A stretch of 64,000 nt of DNA, taken from NCBI GenBank assembly GCA_965222615.1, contig CBDCUI010000008.1, forward strand, positions 480,001 to 544,000. The letters run 5' to 3'. Both the position numbers and the translations under genes were made by a program. Below are positions 41,493-50,922 of this stretch, one piece after another. Position 1 is the first letter of the stretch; each line of letters opens with the position of its first letter. The notes under the pieces are model-generated. The model saw only the letters and a program-made list of their open reading frames with translations, was not told the DNA's origin and searched no databases. The stretch comes from Gammaproteobacteria bacterium (GTDB lineage: Bacteria; Pseudomonadota; Gammaproteobacteria; UBA4575).

Positions 41493-41503
41493 AGAGGTGA
41501 TGC

Positions 41504-42406
41504 ATGCATAAACGAGTATTGTTTTCTCTTATAATACTTTTAATTGCGCCTGCTACTTCTGTTGCGAAGTTAGACGTCTTCGCGTGCGCTCCTGAATGGG
41601 GCGCACTTGCAAAAGAAATCGGAGGAACAGAAGTGTCGGTGTTTACTGCATCGAAAGCCTCACAAGATCTCCACCACCTTCGAGCAAAACCTAGTTTTTT
41701 AGCTAAAATGCGCCAGGCAGAACTTGTATTTTGTACCGGTGCATCACTTGAGTCCGGATGGCTGCCTGTACTTTTGCAAAAAGCCGGAAATTCTACGGTA
41801 CAACCGGGTCAAGTCGGTCTCTTGCTGGCAAGTGAATATGTGCAAAGGCTTGAGATATTGGAATCTGTAGATCGTTCAATGGGTGATGTTCATAGTGAAG
41901 GGAATCCTCATATACATTTAAATCCATATAATCTAATCCAGATCGCTGAAGAGTTAGCAAAACGCTTGACGTTACTTTTACCTGCAAAGAAAAAATTATT
42001 TTTTAGTAATTTAGAAAACTTTAAACAAAGCTGGCAACAAAATATCGAAAACTGGGAACAGCAAGCACAACCACTCAGGAATAAAAATGTTGTGGTCTAT
42101 CATCAGAATTGGATTTATTTACTAGATTGGTTGAGCTTAAATCGAATTACAACTCTAGAACCGGTGCCTGGTATACCTCCACGCGTTGCTCATTTAGAAA
42201 TCGTTCTTGCATCCGTAAAAAATCAAGACATCAAAGCCATTTTGTTAACACCATATCAACAAAACAAAGCAGCCATGTGGCTTTCTGAGCATTCGAATAT
42301 CCCTGTCGTTATCTTACCCTACACAGTAGGTGGGAGTGAAAAAGCAAAAGATTTAAAGTCGTTGTTTAATGAAACTGTGCGAATATTGCTAGAAGTAAGT
42401 TCATGA
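41504..42406 (+). CDS. Zn/Mn ABC transporter substrate-binding protein (cluster A-I)
   Basis: QDLHH, GASLESGWL, GDVHSEGNPHIHL, YH, EPVPGIPP. Confidence 0.92.
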   Translation: MHKRVLFSLIILLIAPATSVAKLDVFACAPEWGALAKEIGGTEVSVFTASKASQDLHHLRAKPSFLAKMRQAELVFCTGASLESGWLPVLLQKAGNSTVQPGQVGLLLASEYVQRLEILESVDRSMGDVHSEGNPHIHLNPYNLIQIAEELAKRLTLLLPAKKKLFFSNLENFKQSWQQNIENWEQQAQPLRNKNVVVYHQNWIYLLDWLSLNRITTLEPVPGIPPRVAHLEIVLASVKNQDIKAILLTPYQQNKAAMWLSEHSNIPVVILPYTVGGSEKAKDLKSLFNETVRILLEVSS

Positions 42407-43173
42407 ATATATCTGCTGATTTGATTGTGTTACTACTTCCAGCCCTTGCAGCGGGATGTCTAGTAGCAACAACACACGTCCCGCTCGGAATAGAAGTATT
42501 AAAACGTGGGATTATTTTTATTGATCTAGCCATTGCACAAATTGCCGCCATGGGTGTGGTAATTGGTCATGCGGTATTTGATCAGGCGGGGCAAATTCAA
42601 TCACTCATACTAGCATTAGTATTTGCTTTATCAGGCGGCGGCTTGTTTGCATGGTTAGAAACAAAGCAATTCAGACATTTAGAGGCAATGATAGGAGCCA
42701 TTTTCGTAGTTAGTGCGTCCATAACGATTTTACTTCTCGCCAAAGATCCTCATGGAATTGAAGCGATGGAAAAATTATTAGCGGGACAGATTCTTTGGGC
42801 GAAATGGTGGCCAGATTTAATAATTACATTAATAGTGTATTTAGCAGTCTTATTTATTTGGTTTAGGCGAAATACTAAGAATGCATTATTATTTTATTTT
42901 ATATTTCCAGTAGCAATTACTTTTTCGGTTCAGATCGTAGGAATCTATCTCGTATTTGCAAGTTTGATTATGCCTGCTATTGCCACAAGTCGCATGAGTG
43001 AAAAAAATAAATTGCTTAATGCATATATGGTTGCCTTTATTAGTATCATTTTAGGGTTGGTTTTTGCAGTAATTGCCGATTTGCCTACTGGACCAATGAT
43101 GGTGTGTGTCTACTTTGCGATTTCTATGTTACTGCTTATTAGTGGCTATAGATCAAGTAAAATTGTGAGTTGA
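42403..43173 (+). CDS. Metal ABC transporter permease (ZnuB-like)
   Basis: HVPLG.EVLKRGIIFIDLAIAQIAA, multiple TM segments, DLPTGP. Confidence 0.9.
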   Translation: MNISADLIVLLLPALAAGCLVATTHVPLGIEVLKRGIIFIDLAIAQIAAMGVVIGHAVFDQAGQIQSLILALVFALSGGGLFAWLETKQFRHLEAMIGAIFVVSASITILLLAKDPHGIEAMEKLLAGQILWAKWWPDLIITLIVYLAVLFIWFRRNTKNALLFYFIFPVAITFSVQIVGIYLVFASLIMPAIATSRMSEKNKLLNAYMVAFISIILGLVFAVIADLPTGPMMVCVYFAISMLLLISGYRSSKIVS

Positions 43174-43301
43174 ATACATTATTTGTGGCCAACATAGAAA
43201 CTTAGATTTAGCAATTTCGTCCTTAATCTTGCCACTAGCCAATACGCATATCATGTTATATTGCGATGCTTTTTTAAATTTAGGCATATTCAAAAAGTCA
43301 C

Positions 43302-44708
43302 ATGAAACCCGTCATTGCCATCGTGGGTCGCCCGAATGTTGGTAAATCTACATTATTTAATTATTTGACCAAGTCAAAAGATGCGTTGGTTGCAGATCAA
43401 GCAGGGCTCACGCGTGATCGTATCTATGGCATAACTCGTAGGTTTGAAAACCGTTATATCGTGATTGATACAGGTGGTATTGCGCCGTCAGATGACCTTA
43501 ATGATCGGGATAAAATGAATATCGCGATCAGCACGCAAGCTTGGATTGCCATAGAAGAAGCCGATATGGTGTTTTTTCTGGTTGATGGGCTAAATGGGTT
43601 AGTGCCTCAAGATCAGGAAATATTTAATAAACTTCGAAATTCATGCCAAGAAGTCTTTGTACTTGTTAATAAAGTAGATACGGGTTCATCCAATACACTT
43701 GCCAGTGATTTTTACACACTAGGTGCAGAGCATATATTTGAAATTTCGGCAAAGTCTGGCAAAGGAGTGCGTAGCCTCGTCGATGAATTGAAAAAGCAAC
43801 TTCCTTCAGAACAACAGACACAAATAGATGTAGTCGATGAAAAAATTATTAAAGTTGCTCTAGTCGGCAGACCCAATGTCGGTAAGTCTACCTTGGCAAA
43901 TGCCCTGATTGGTGAAGAAAGATTTGTAACATCGGAAATACCAGGAACTACACGTGATAGTATTTCACAGCGTATTGAAAAATTTAGCACGACGTTTGAG
44001 CTTATCGACACCGCAGGAGTACGTCGCCGTAGTAAAGTGCATGATACGGTCGAAAAATTTAGTGTGGTAAAAACACTGCAAGCTATCGATGCAGCACATG
44101 TAGTTGTGTTGTTACTAGATGGCACGCAGGAGTTTGCAGAACAAGATGCGCGTTTGGCAGGTATGGTAGTAGAAAGTGGTTGTGCAGTAGTTATTGCGAT
44201 CAATAAAATAGATGTGTGCTCGCGTGATGACTACAAAGGTATTCAAAAAGGCTTTGATCTTAAATTGCGCTTTTTAACTTATGCCGAGCGACAATTTATT
44301 TCAGCTAAACATAAAGAGGGTGTTACTAAATTAATGCGTGCAGTGGTGCGCGCCTATCATTCTGCAAATATAGAAATTACCACGGGCGAACTAAACAAGA
44401 TGTTAGAAAGCGCAGTTGAAAGTTTTCAGCCGCCTTTAGTGAGAGGCCGTAGAATCAAACTTAAATATGCTGCACAAGTGAGTAAATGCCCACCAACGAT
44501 TTCTATCCATGGAAATCAAATTGCTAGGATCCCAGGATCCTATAAACGCTATTTGGAGAATTATTTTCGTAAGGCGTTAAAATTAGTGGGAACACCAATC
44601 GTTTTATTATTTAAGCAACCAGAAAATCCATATGCAGGTAAACGCAACAAACTCACACCGCGACAACAGCGCAGTAGAAAACGACTTATGAAAAAAGTCA
44701 AAAAATAA
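43302..44708 (+). CDS. der: Ribosome biogenesis GTPase Der
   Basis: Two GRPNVGKST P-loops, DTGG/DTAG, NKVD/NKID, KH-like C-terminus. Confidence 0.99.
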   Translation: MKPVIAIVGRPNVGKSTLFNYLTKSKDALVADQAGLTRDRIYGITRRFENRYIVIDTGGIAPSDDLNDRDKMNIAISTQAWIAIEEADMVFFLVDGLNGLVPQDQEIFNKLRNSCQEVFVLVNKVDTGSSNTLASDFYTLGAEHIFEISAKSGKGVRSLVDELKKQLPSEQQTQIDVVDEKIIKVALVGRPNVGKSTLANALIGEERFVTSEIPGTTRDSISQRIEKFSTTFELIDTAGVRRRSKVHDTVEKFSVVKTLQAIDAAHVVVLLLDGTQEFAEQDARLAGMVVESGCAVVIAINKIDVCSRDDYKGIQKGFDLKLRFLTYAERQFISAKHKEGVTKLMRAVVRAYHSANIEITTGELNKMLESAVESFQPPLVRGRRIKLKYAAQVSKCPPTISIHGNQIARIPGSYKRYLENYFRKALKLVGTPIVLLFKQPENPYAGKRNKLTPRQQRSRKRLMKKVKK

Positions 44709-44732
44709 ATGTGCTAATGTGACCAGAATAGA

Positions 44733-45554
44733 ATGAATATACAAGCATCAGTAATTGTTAGCACCTATAATCAACCACGTGAACTTGAACTGGTGTTGTG
44801 TGGGTTAACTATGCAAACGCATAATCCCTTAGAGATTATTATTGCCGATGATGGTTCTACGCAAGCAACTAAAGATCTAGTTAATCAGTGGGTGAAGAAA
44901 AGCCACATTCCGATTCAACATGTTTGGCATGAAGATGTTGGTCATCGGAAATCAACAATCAATAATATGGCGGCAAGCAAATCGACTGGTAATTATTTGA
45001 TTTTTCTGGATGGGGATTCGATTCCGCATCGGCTGTGGGTGAAAGATCATCTAAATGCAGCACAACAAGACACTGTGGTATGTGGCAGGCGTGTACGTTT
45101 GGGCCCCAAAATCAGTCGTGAAATCGATTTAACCTTCATTCAATCAAGAAAGCTTGAGAAACTTACCGGACCAATGCTTGTCAGTGCACTTCGCAGAGAC
45201 ACCAAACGCTATATGTTAGGAATACGTTTACCAAAAGGTGTGGCACGAATTTTTCACCCACAAGAGCGGCGTCTCATGGGCGTTAATTTTAGTTTATATA
45301 AAAACTTGTTTGAATGTGTTGGCGGTTATAAAGAATATGATGATGCAAGTTATACAACGACAGAAAATCTACGCGAAGATGCGTTATTAGAAATCCAACT
45401 TTTAAATGCAGGGGTTCGTCGGTATCCACTTATTAATCAAGCCATTGTTTATCATCTTTTTCACCCCGAAAGACCACCGAATAAGAAAATCGATGCAAAA
45501 ATACAATCGCTATATAAATCTGCCTTAGAAAAAAGAAGACTCAGTTCAAGCTAG
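44733..45554 (+). CDS. Glycosyltransferase family 2
   Basis: SVIVSTYN, IADDGS, FLDGD, ED, YHLFH. Confidence 0.92.
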   Translation: MNIQASVIVSTYNQPRELELVLCGLTMQTHNPLEIIIADDGSTQATKDLVNQWVKKSHIPIQHVWHEDVGHRKSTINNMAASKSTGNYLIFLDGDSIPHRLWVKDHLNAAQQDTVVCGRRVRLGPKISREIDLTFIQSRKLEKLTGPMLVSALRRDTKRYMLGIRLPKGVARIFHPQERRLMGVNFSLYKNLFECVGGYKEYDDASYTTTENLREDALLEIQLLNAGVRRYPLINQAIVYHLFHPERPPNKKIDAKIQSLYKSALEKRRLSSS

Positions 45555-45557
45555 ATT

Positions 45558-46049
45558 ATGAAAATACTTCATACGATTTTTACTGTATTGATTATTACTG
45601 CGATCGTGCAAACTATTTATTATTATCCACTACTGCCCAATACCGTTGCATCTCATTTTGATGGTCTGGACGACCCCAATGGTTGGTCATCAAAACTGGT
45701 GTTTTTTTTAATATACGCAGGGGTGTTATTGCTCACTACATTTATTTTTATTGCTATTCCGGCAAGGCTAGCTAAGAGAGTTGGCAAGGGCCTAAAGATT
45801 CCCAATAAAAGTTATTGGTTAGCGCCCGAGCGCATACATGACACTATTCAATTTTATCGAAACCATTTTTTATATTTTGGAATTGCAAATGCCCTGCTGG
45901 CGGTTTCTGTAATTCAATTGGTTATCATGGCGAATTTTAAAGAGCAGCCTAGACTAGATAACATCATCATATGGTTGCTGATAATATATTTTATTTTTAT
46001 AATATGTTGGTTAATTCTTTTTTATGCTAAATTCAGACGTCCAAACTAG
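45558..46049 (+). CDS. DUF1648 membrane protein
   Basis: YPLLPNTVASHFDG...NGWSSK; four TM segments. Confidence 0.8.
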   Translation: MKILHTIFTVLIITAIVQTIYYYPLLPNTVASHFDGLDDPNGWSSKLVFFLIYAGVLLLTTFIFIAIPARLAKRVGKGLKIPNKSYWLAPERIHDTIQFYRNHFLYFGIANALLAVSVIQLVIMANFKEQPRLDNIIIWLLIIYFIFIICWLILFYAKFRRPN

Positions 46050-46074
46050 CGGGTATTTGTCGATTATTACCAAC

Positions 46075-48141
46075 TCAAACTAATTTAAGTTGCAGTTGGT
46101 TTAAATTGCTTTTTAGTATATTCAGTTTTTCTTTTGTGCAGGCTTCGCTAGGGTTATACAGTAAACTATTCAGCATGTTCATGATTGGACGATAATCATT
46201 ATCGTTTAGTTTGTGTTCAACACCCAATTTCTCTATGAATTGTGCTGGTGATTCTTCAGGCCTGCGAATTGATCCTAGCTTGTGGAGTTTGTGCGTAAAA
46301 TTTTGAAAAATGGCTATCACTGGATGTTTATTGCGTCGACCTTGTTGCATCAATAGTGAAACTGCTACAAACATAACACTTAAAATCGCACCAGCTAGAA
46401 GAACTAGTGCAATTTTCATAATAGTTATTTTGCCAAGTAGTTTTTGTAAAAAGTCTGTTTGAATGTTAGCGTCATAGCCAATTACAAATAAATTCCAGCG
46501 GTGTTCAAGAGATTCGAACAGAAACATTAACTTGCGTAAACTTGGTATGCCTTTCAAGCGCATGGTAGTAAACGAAGACAGAGAGGCTAGGTCGGTTTCA
46601 GGCAATGCCGCATTTAAACCATCCATAATGCGTGAAGGTGCGACGGCTGCAGTGGGATCTATTCGTTGCCAGCCCTTATTAGGTAACCAAATTTCTGCCC
46701 AGGCATGTGCCATATATTGGCGCACGACTATGTGTTTTGTAAGTGGGTTGATTTCTCCGCCTTGATAACCTCCTACCATGCGAGCAGGAACACCTGCAGC
46801 ACGCATCATGTATACAAAAGCACCTGCATAGTGTGAACAAAATCCTGCGCGGGTATCGAACCAAAATTCATCTATACTATTTTTGCGCGATAGGGTTGGT
46901 GGTTCAAGTGTGTAGTGATAAGGCTTGTTTTTGATATGAGCCAAGATTTTTTCTACAAACTCTTCCGTACTTTTTGATTCACTATAAAGTCTACGTGCGT
47001 AGTCAATAATGCGTGGATTGTCGTTGTGATCAACATGTGTGGTTTGCAATTTAAGAAATTCTGGCAGCCAAGTGTTTAAAGTGGCATTCGGATAAGTATT
47101 TACTTCATAACGCAATAAAGACTGCACTGGTGAGCGATTCACTAATCGATAGTCCCACATAATTCCGGTAGATTTAGTTTGTGGTAATGCTAAGTCGAGA
47201 CCAAACAGCCAGCGATCATAAGTGGGTTCTAATAAAATAGAATAAGAAACTTTATTTTGTCCTCTTATATTTGGAACAAACCAGCTTACTTTTCTATTTT
47301 TTGCCCAATCTACTTTGGGAATATTTAGGAATTTTCTTGGGATACTGGCTTCAGACCAGGTACCATTTTCAAAATCCGAATAGACTCTGCCTCGCCAATA
47401 CATTTCATTGTTGTTAGGAGGAGAGTTTTCAAAAATTGCTCGAAATACAATTGCGTCGGAGCGCGTAAGATTGGCGATATCTCCAGGAGTCATTTCTGAA
47501 CTCAATCCAGTGCGTGCGGTTTGATTTGGATTGGCAATAGCCCACAGTGGACCAATTCTTGGAAATAAAATAAATAGAACAAACATCAATGGCATGGCCT
47601 GTGCCAATATTTTGGTAGAAATTTTTATAGAGACAAAAGGTGCCACTCGTGTGTGGAATTGATTCATGCCAACCATGGCTGCAGTGACCAAGACTAATGC
47701 AGCGAGCTCATAAATAACGATGCCGATACTGTGATTAAAGATAAATTCTACGGCAATGATGAAATAAGCGATAAATATCACCACATAGGCATCGCGCCGT
47801 GTTTTCATTTCTAATAGTTTCAGCGCAAAGGCGATTACTAATAATGCCGCCCAAGTCTCTAAGTTTTTAGTTATGCCTTCAAATACCAGGATGCCTACCG
47901 CACTTGTAGCTACTAATGCCGTTTTAAACCAAAAAGATGGAAAGTTTGCACGTCCTAAAAAAATCATCCAACGCCAAACTACACAAAATAGCCCTACACA
48001 GATGATCCATAATGAAATTTGTGCAGTGTGCGGGATTACCGTCATCGCAAATGCAGTCATTAACATGATTAAACTGTTGCGTGGTATTTGCGAGACGGTG
48101 CCGTGGTCCCACACTTTAAAGTGTTTAGTGCGGATGCCCAT
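46075..48141 (-). CDS. Transglutaminase-like membrane protein (TgpA / DUF3488)
   Basis: Multi-TM N-terminus, LKLLE, YWRG, GFCSHYA, HAWAEIW, DPT catalytic triad. Confidence 0.92.
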   Translation of the reverse strand: MGIRTKHFKVWDHGTVSQIPRNSLIMLMTAFAMTVIPHTAQISLWIICVGLFCVVWRWMIFLGRANFPSFWFKTALVATSAVGILVFEGITKNLETWAALLVIAFALKLLEMKTRRDAYVVIFIAYFIIAVEFIFNHSIGIVIYELAALVLVTAAMVGMNQFHTRVAPFVSIKISTKILAQAMPLMFVLFILFPRIGPLWAIANPNQTARTGLSSEMTPGDIANLTRSDAIVFRAIFENSPPNNNEMYWRGRVYSDFENGTWSEASIPRKFLNIPKVDWAKNRKVSWFVPNIRGQNKVSYSILLEPTYDRWLFGLDLALPQTKSTGIMWDYRLVNRSPVQSLLRYEVNTYPNATLNTWLPEFLKLQTTHVDHNDNPRIIDYARRLYSESKSTEEFVEKILAHIKNKPYHYTLEPPTLSRKNSIDEFWFDTRAGFCSHYAGAFVYMMRAAGVPARMVGGYQGGEINPLTKHIVVRQYMAHAWAEIWLPNKGWQRIDPTAAVAPSRIMDGLNAALPETDLASLSSFTTMRLKGIPSLRKLMFLFESLEHRWNLFVIGYDANIQTDFLQKLLGKITIMKIALVLLAGAILSVMFVAVSLLMQQGRRNKHPVIAIFQNFTHKLHKLGSIRRPEESPAQFIEKLGVEHKLNDNDYRPIMNMLNSLLYNPSEACTKEKLNILKSNLNQLQLKLV

Positions 48142-49114
48142 ATAACGCCAATTCTTTTAGTACACAATCTAAATGCGCTTTGCCTATATTGGGTTCAATC
48201 ACTAATTGTGGAAGTTTTAAGCCAAACTCTTTTTCATTGCGATATGCACTAAGTGCCATCCCTGTTAACTTACTTAAACGCAATTCCGGTTCGCCTTCGA
48301 TTTGATACCAATCCAGCAGCAAACGTGTATCCGCATAAGTAGCGAATTGCTTTACTAATAATTCGTCTTGCCGAGCGTAAGACCGCCATAGAATATGGCG
48401 GGGGGAATCTCCAGGTTGATAACTACGCATATCGTAAAAATCATCACTGCCGCTACGATGAGTTAAATGGCCTTCATCATCCGTGCCATAATTTATTAAT
48501 GGGTGATTATGAAACAAGGGCTTGGGATAAATAATGGCTTTGGCATCTAGATCCACCCAGGTCCATGCGCGTAATAAACCAAGTGGAAAATAGGTTTCTA
48601 CTAACAACCTATTTGGATTTAACCAGCCACGTCGTTTGGCTTTGACAAAAAGATGTATGATGGCGGATTCTGCATCATACAATTCAGCCCATTGTTTCAC
48701 TGCGTTTGGCCAGCCAAGCTGAATGCCTTCACGTTTAAAATTTTCAGGGCGTGTAACTTTGATAACGAATTCGATATCTTCTCCTGCAAAACCTGAGCCA
48801 CATTTTAGTAGTTCAATCGTTACACCAGATAGGTTTCTATAGGTGTAGAAAATAGTGATAAAGAAAACACTGCTTAACCAAAATACTAAACCAAAAATAA
48901 GCGAGTTTTCATAATTAATTGCACCAACAAGCAGAGTTAGTAATAAAGCACAAAAAACAAAACCTGTACGGGTAGGAAAAATAAAAATCGATCGCTGGTT
49001 AAGCGTGATAGTCTGTTGTGGTGGGATACGCCGTTGTAACCAGCGTTTAAATTGTTTTTTAAACGGTCTTTTAGGTTTAGAAAAGATATTTTTTGAAATA
49101 CTAAGCGAGGACAT
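48125..49114 (-). CDS. DUF58 domain protein
   Basis: FPTRTG, INYENSL, FPLGLLRAW, RSYQPGDS..HI.W. Start placed at ATG 49114, overlapping the MoxR stop. Confidence 0.9.
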   Translation of the reverse strand: MSSLSISKNIFSKPKRPFKKQFKRWLQRRIPPQQTITLNQRSIFIFPTRTGFVFCALLLTLLVGAINYENSLIFGLVFWLSSVFFITIFYTYRNLSGVTIELLKCGSGFAGEDIEFVIKVTRPENFKREGIQLGWPNAVKQWAELYDAESAIIHLFVKAKRRGWLNPNRLLVETYFPLGLLRAWTWVDLDAKAIIYPKPLFHNHPLINYGTDDEGHLTHRSGSDDFYDMRSYQPGDSPRHILWRSYARQDELLVKQFATYADTRLLLDWYQIEGEPELRLSKLTGMALSAYRNEKEFGLKLPQLVIEPNIGKAHLDCVLKELALYGHPH

Positions 49115-50069
49115 CGACACCGCTGAGAAGCTTTTGTGCAAGTGAGGTACCACCGTGTCCAGTAAAATCAGCGTTGCCTCGTAGTCGATGTTCAACCGCA
49201 CTGGGTAATACTTGTTGTACATCTTCAGGCACGACATGGTCACGTCGATGGACCAATGCCCAAGCCTTAGCTGCACGTAATAACGACAAGGCGCCACGTG
49301 GTGATAGACCAAAAGCGAATTCTTTTTCTTTACGCGAAAAATCAACTAAGCGCTGAACATAGTTTAAAAGTGCTTCTGCAACTTTTACGTGTTCAACTTC
49401 TTCCTGAATGGCCAATAATTTTTCTGCACTGATTACTGGTTGAAGCTTATCTAATTTACTACGGCGATCACCTTCAATTAAAAGTTCACGCTCTGCATTC
49501 TTATCAGGGTAACCGAGTTCGATACGCATTAAAAAGCGGTCCATCTGCGATTCAGGCAATGGGTAAGTGCCTGTCTGCGTTGCTGGATTTTGTGTAGCAA
49601 TTACATAAAACGGTTGCGGTAACTGATAAGTTTCTCCATCCACGGTAACAGTTTGCTCTTCCATTACCTCTAAAAGTGCACTTTGGCTTTTAGGCGTGGC
49701 TCGATTGATTTCGTCGGCGAGTAATACTTGAGTAAATATAGGTCCCGGCATGAAGCGAAAAGAAGAAGTATCTTTTTCAAAAATCGATACGCCAATAACA
49801 TCACTTGGTAATAGATCGCTAGTGAATTGAATGCGATTAAAATCCAATCCCAAAACTTGTGATAGGGTATGTGCAAGCAAGGTCTTGCCCATACCTGGCA
49901 AATCTTCAATAAGCAAATGGCCTCGAGCAAACAAACAAGCCAAGGCCAGTCTAATTTGCGTTTCTTTGCCCAATAAAATTTGGTTCACTGCATGGATGAC
50001 TGCATCTATAGTCTCTGCTTGCATGTTATCCACCGAAGCGAGCTTAGGTACAGTCGATTCGTTAGCCAT
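49101..50069 (-). CDS. MoxR-family AAA+ ATPase
   Basis: EDLPGMGKT, RIQFTSDLLPSD, DEINRATPKSQSALLE, ATQNP, LPESQMDRF. Confidence 0.96.
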   Translation of the reverse strand: MANESTVPKLASVDNMQAETIDAVIHAVNQILLGKETQIRLALACLFARGHLLIEDLPGMGKTLLAHTLSQVLGLDFNRIQFTSDLLPSDVIGVSIFEKDTSSFRFMPGPIFTQVLLADEINRATPKSQSALLEVMEEQTVTVDGETYQLPQPFYVIATQNPATQTGTYPLPESQMDRFLMRIELGYPDKNAERELLIEGDRRSKLDKLQPVISAEKLLAIQEEVEHVKVAEALLNYVQRLVDFSRKEKEFAFGLSPRGALSLLRAAKAWALVHRRDHVVPEDVQQVLPSAVEHRLRGNADFTGHGGTSLAQKLLSGVDVLA

Positions 50070-50311
50070 AAGAAGATTGCATATAAATTGAACTTTATTT
50101 GCCTAACCATAGCGTTTATCTAGCAATTGGGTCTATGTCACTGGTCAGGTATTTGCATCGAATGTGACCATTTTTATCTAGTCATGGCCTGAATTTGAAC
50201 GCAAATGGTTTAGCCTTGTTAACACGCAAAGAATTCAAAGACTTATCTATTTTACATGAGGATAGGGCTGAACCTTCGGAAATATTGAAATATTCATGAG
50301 AGTAAAAAGGG

Positions 50312-50369
50312 AAGCACTTTTAAGTGCTTGTGTTGGTGCGGTTTGCGGTTAGTACTAAATATTTAGTAC
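50312..50369. promoter_or_regulatory. Two palindromic candidate operators upstream of the aor operon
   Basis: AAGCACTT-TT-AAGTGCTT (50312-50329) and perfect 18-bp GTACTAAATATTTAGTAC (50352-50369). Confidence 0.5.
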
Positions 50370-50442
50370 CAGGTTTCTGCACAGTTAGCTTAGAAAGTTG
50401 GTAAAATAGTTCCTAATAACAATAAGCATAAAAGAGGTTGCT

Positions 50443-50910
50443 ATGTTTCGCGCTCTCAAAATTGAGCCAGAAAAATGTACTGGTTGTCTTCAGTGTGAGT
50501 TGGCCTGTTCACTTGAAAATGAAGGCATCATGAATCCCTCCAAATCACGTATCAAAGTTTTTACTTTCCATCACGAAGGTCGTTTTTCACCTTACACCTG
50601 TACGCAATGTGAAGAAGCATGGTGTATGCACGCCTGTCCTGTTGAAGCCATTGTGGTAAATGCAGAAACCGGTGCAAAAGAAGTTTTTGAAGATGTGTGC
50701 GTAGGCTGTAAGGTTTGTACGATCTCATGTCCTTTTGGCACGGTGAACTACAATCACGATAGTGGCAAAGTAATTAAATGTGATTTGTGTGGTGGAGATC
50801 CGGAATGCGCAAAGGCTTGTCCTACGGAGTGCATCACTTATGTAGATATTGATATGACCGGATACGATCGCATGCATGCATGGGCTGCAAAAGATGCAGG
50901 CGTAGCTTAG
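50443..50910 (+). CDS. 4x[4Fe-4S] electron-transfer subunit (AorA-like)
   Basis: CTGCLQC...C, CTQC...C...CP, CVGCKVC...CP, CDLC...C...CP. Confidence 0.92.
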   Translation: MFRALKIEPEKCTGCLQCELACSLENEGIMNPSKSRIKVFTFHHEGRFSPYTCTQCEEAWCMHACPVEAIVVNAETGAKEVFEDVCVGCKVCTISCPFGTVNYNHDSGKVIKCDLCGGDPECAKACPTECITYVDIDMTGYDRMHAWAAKDAGVA

Positions 50911-50922
50911 AAGGAGAGAAAC

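Noticed and set aside
43250-43268. Zur-like half site upstream of der (ATGTTATATTGCGAT)
   Set aside because: Only one arm matches; more likely a -10 region.
49115-49345. N-terminal extension of the DUF58 ORF
   Set aside because: Lies inside moxR in another frame; the real start is likely 49114.
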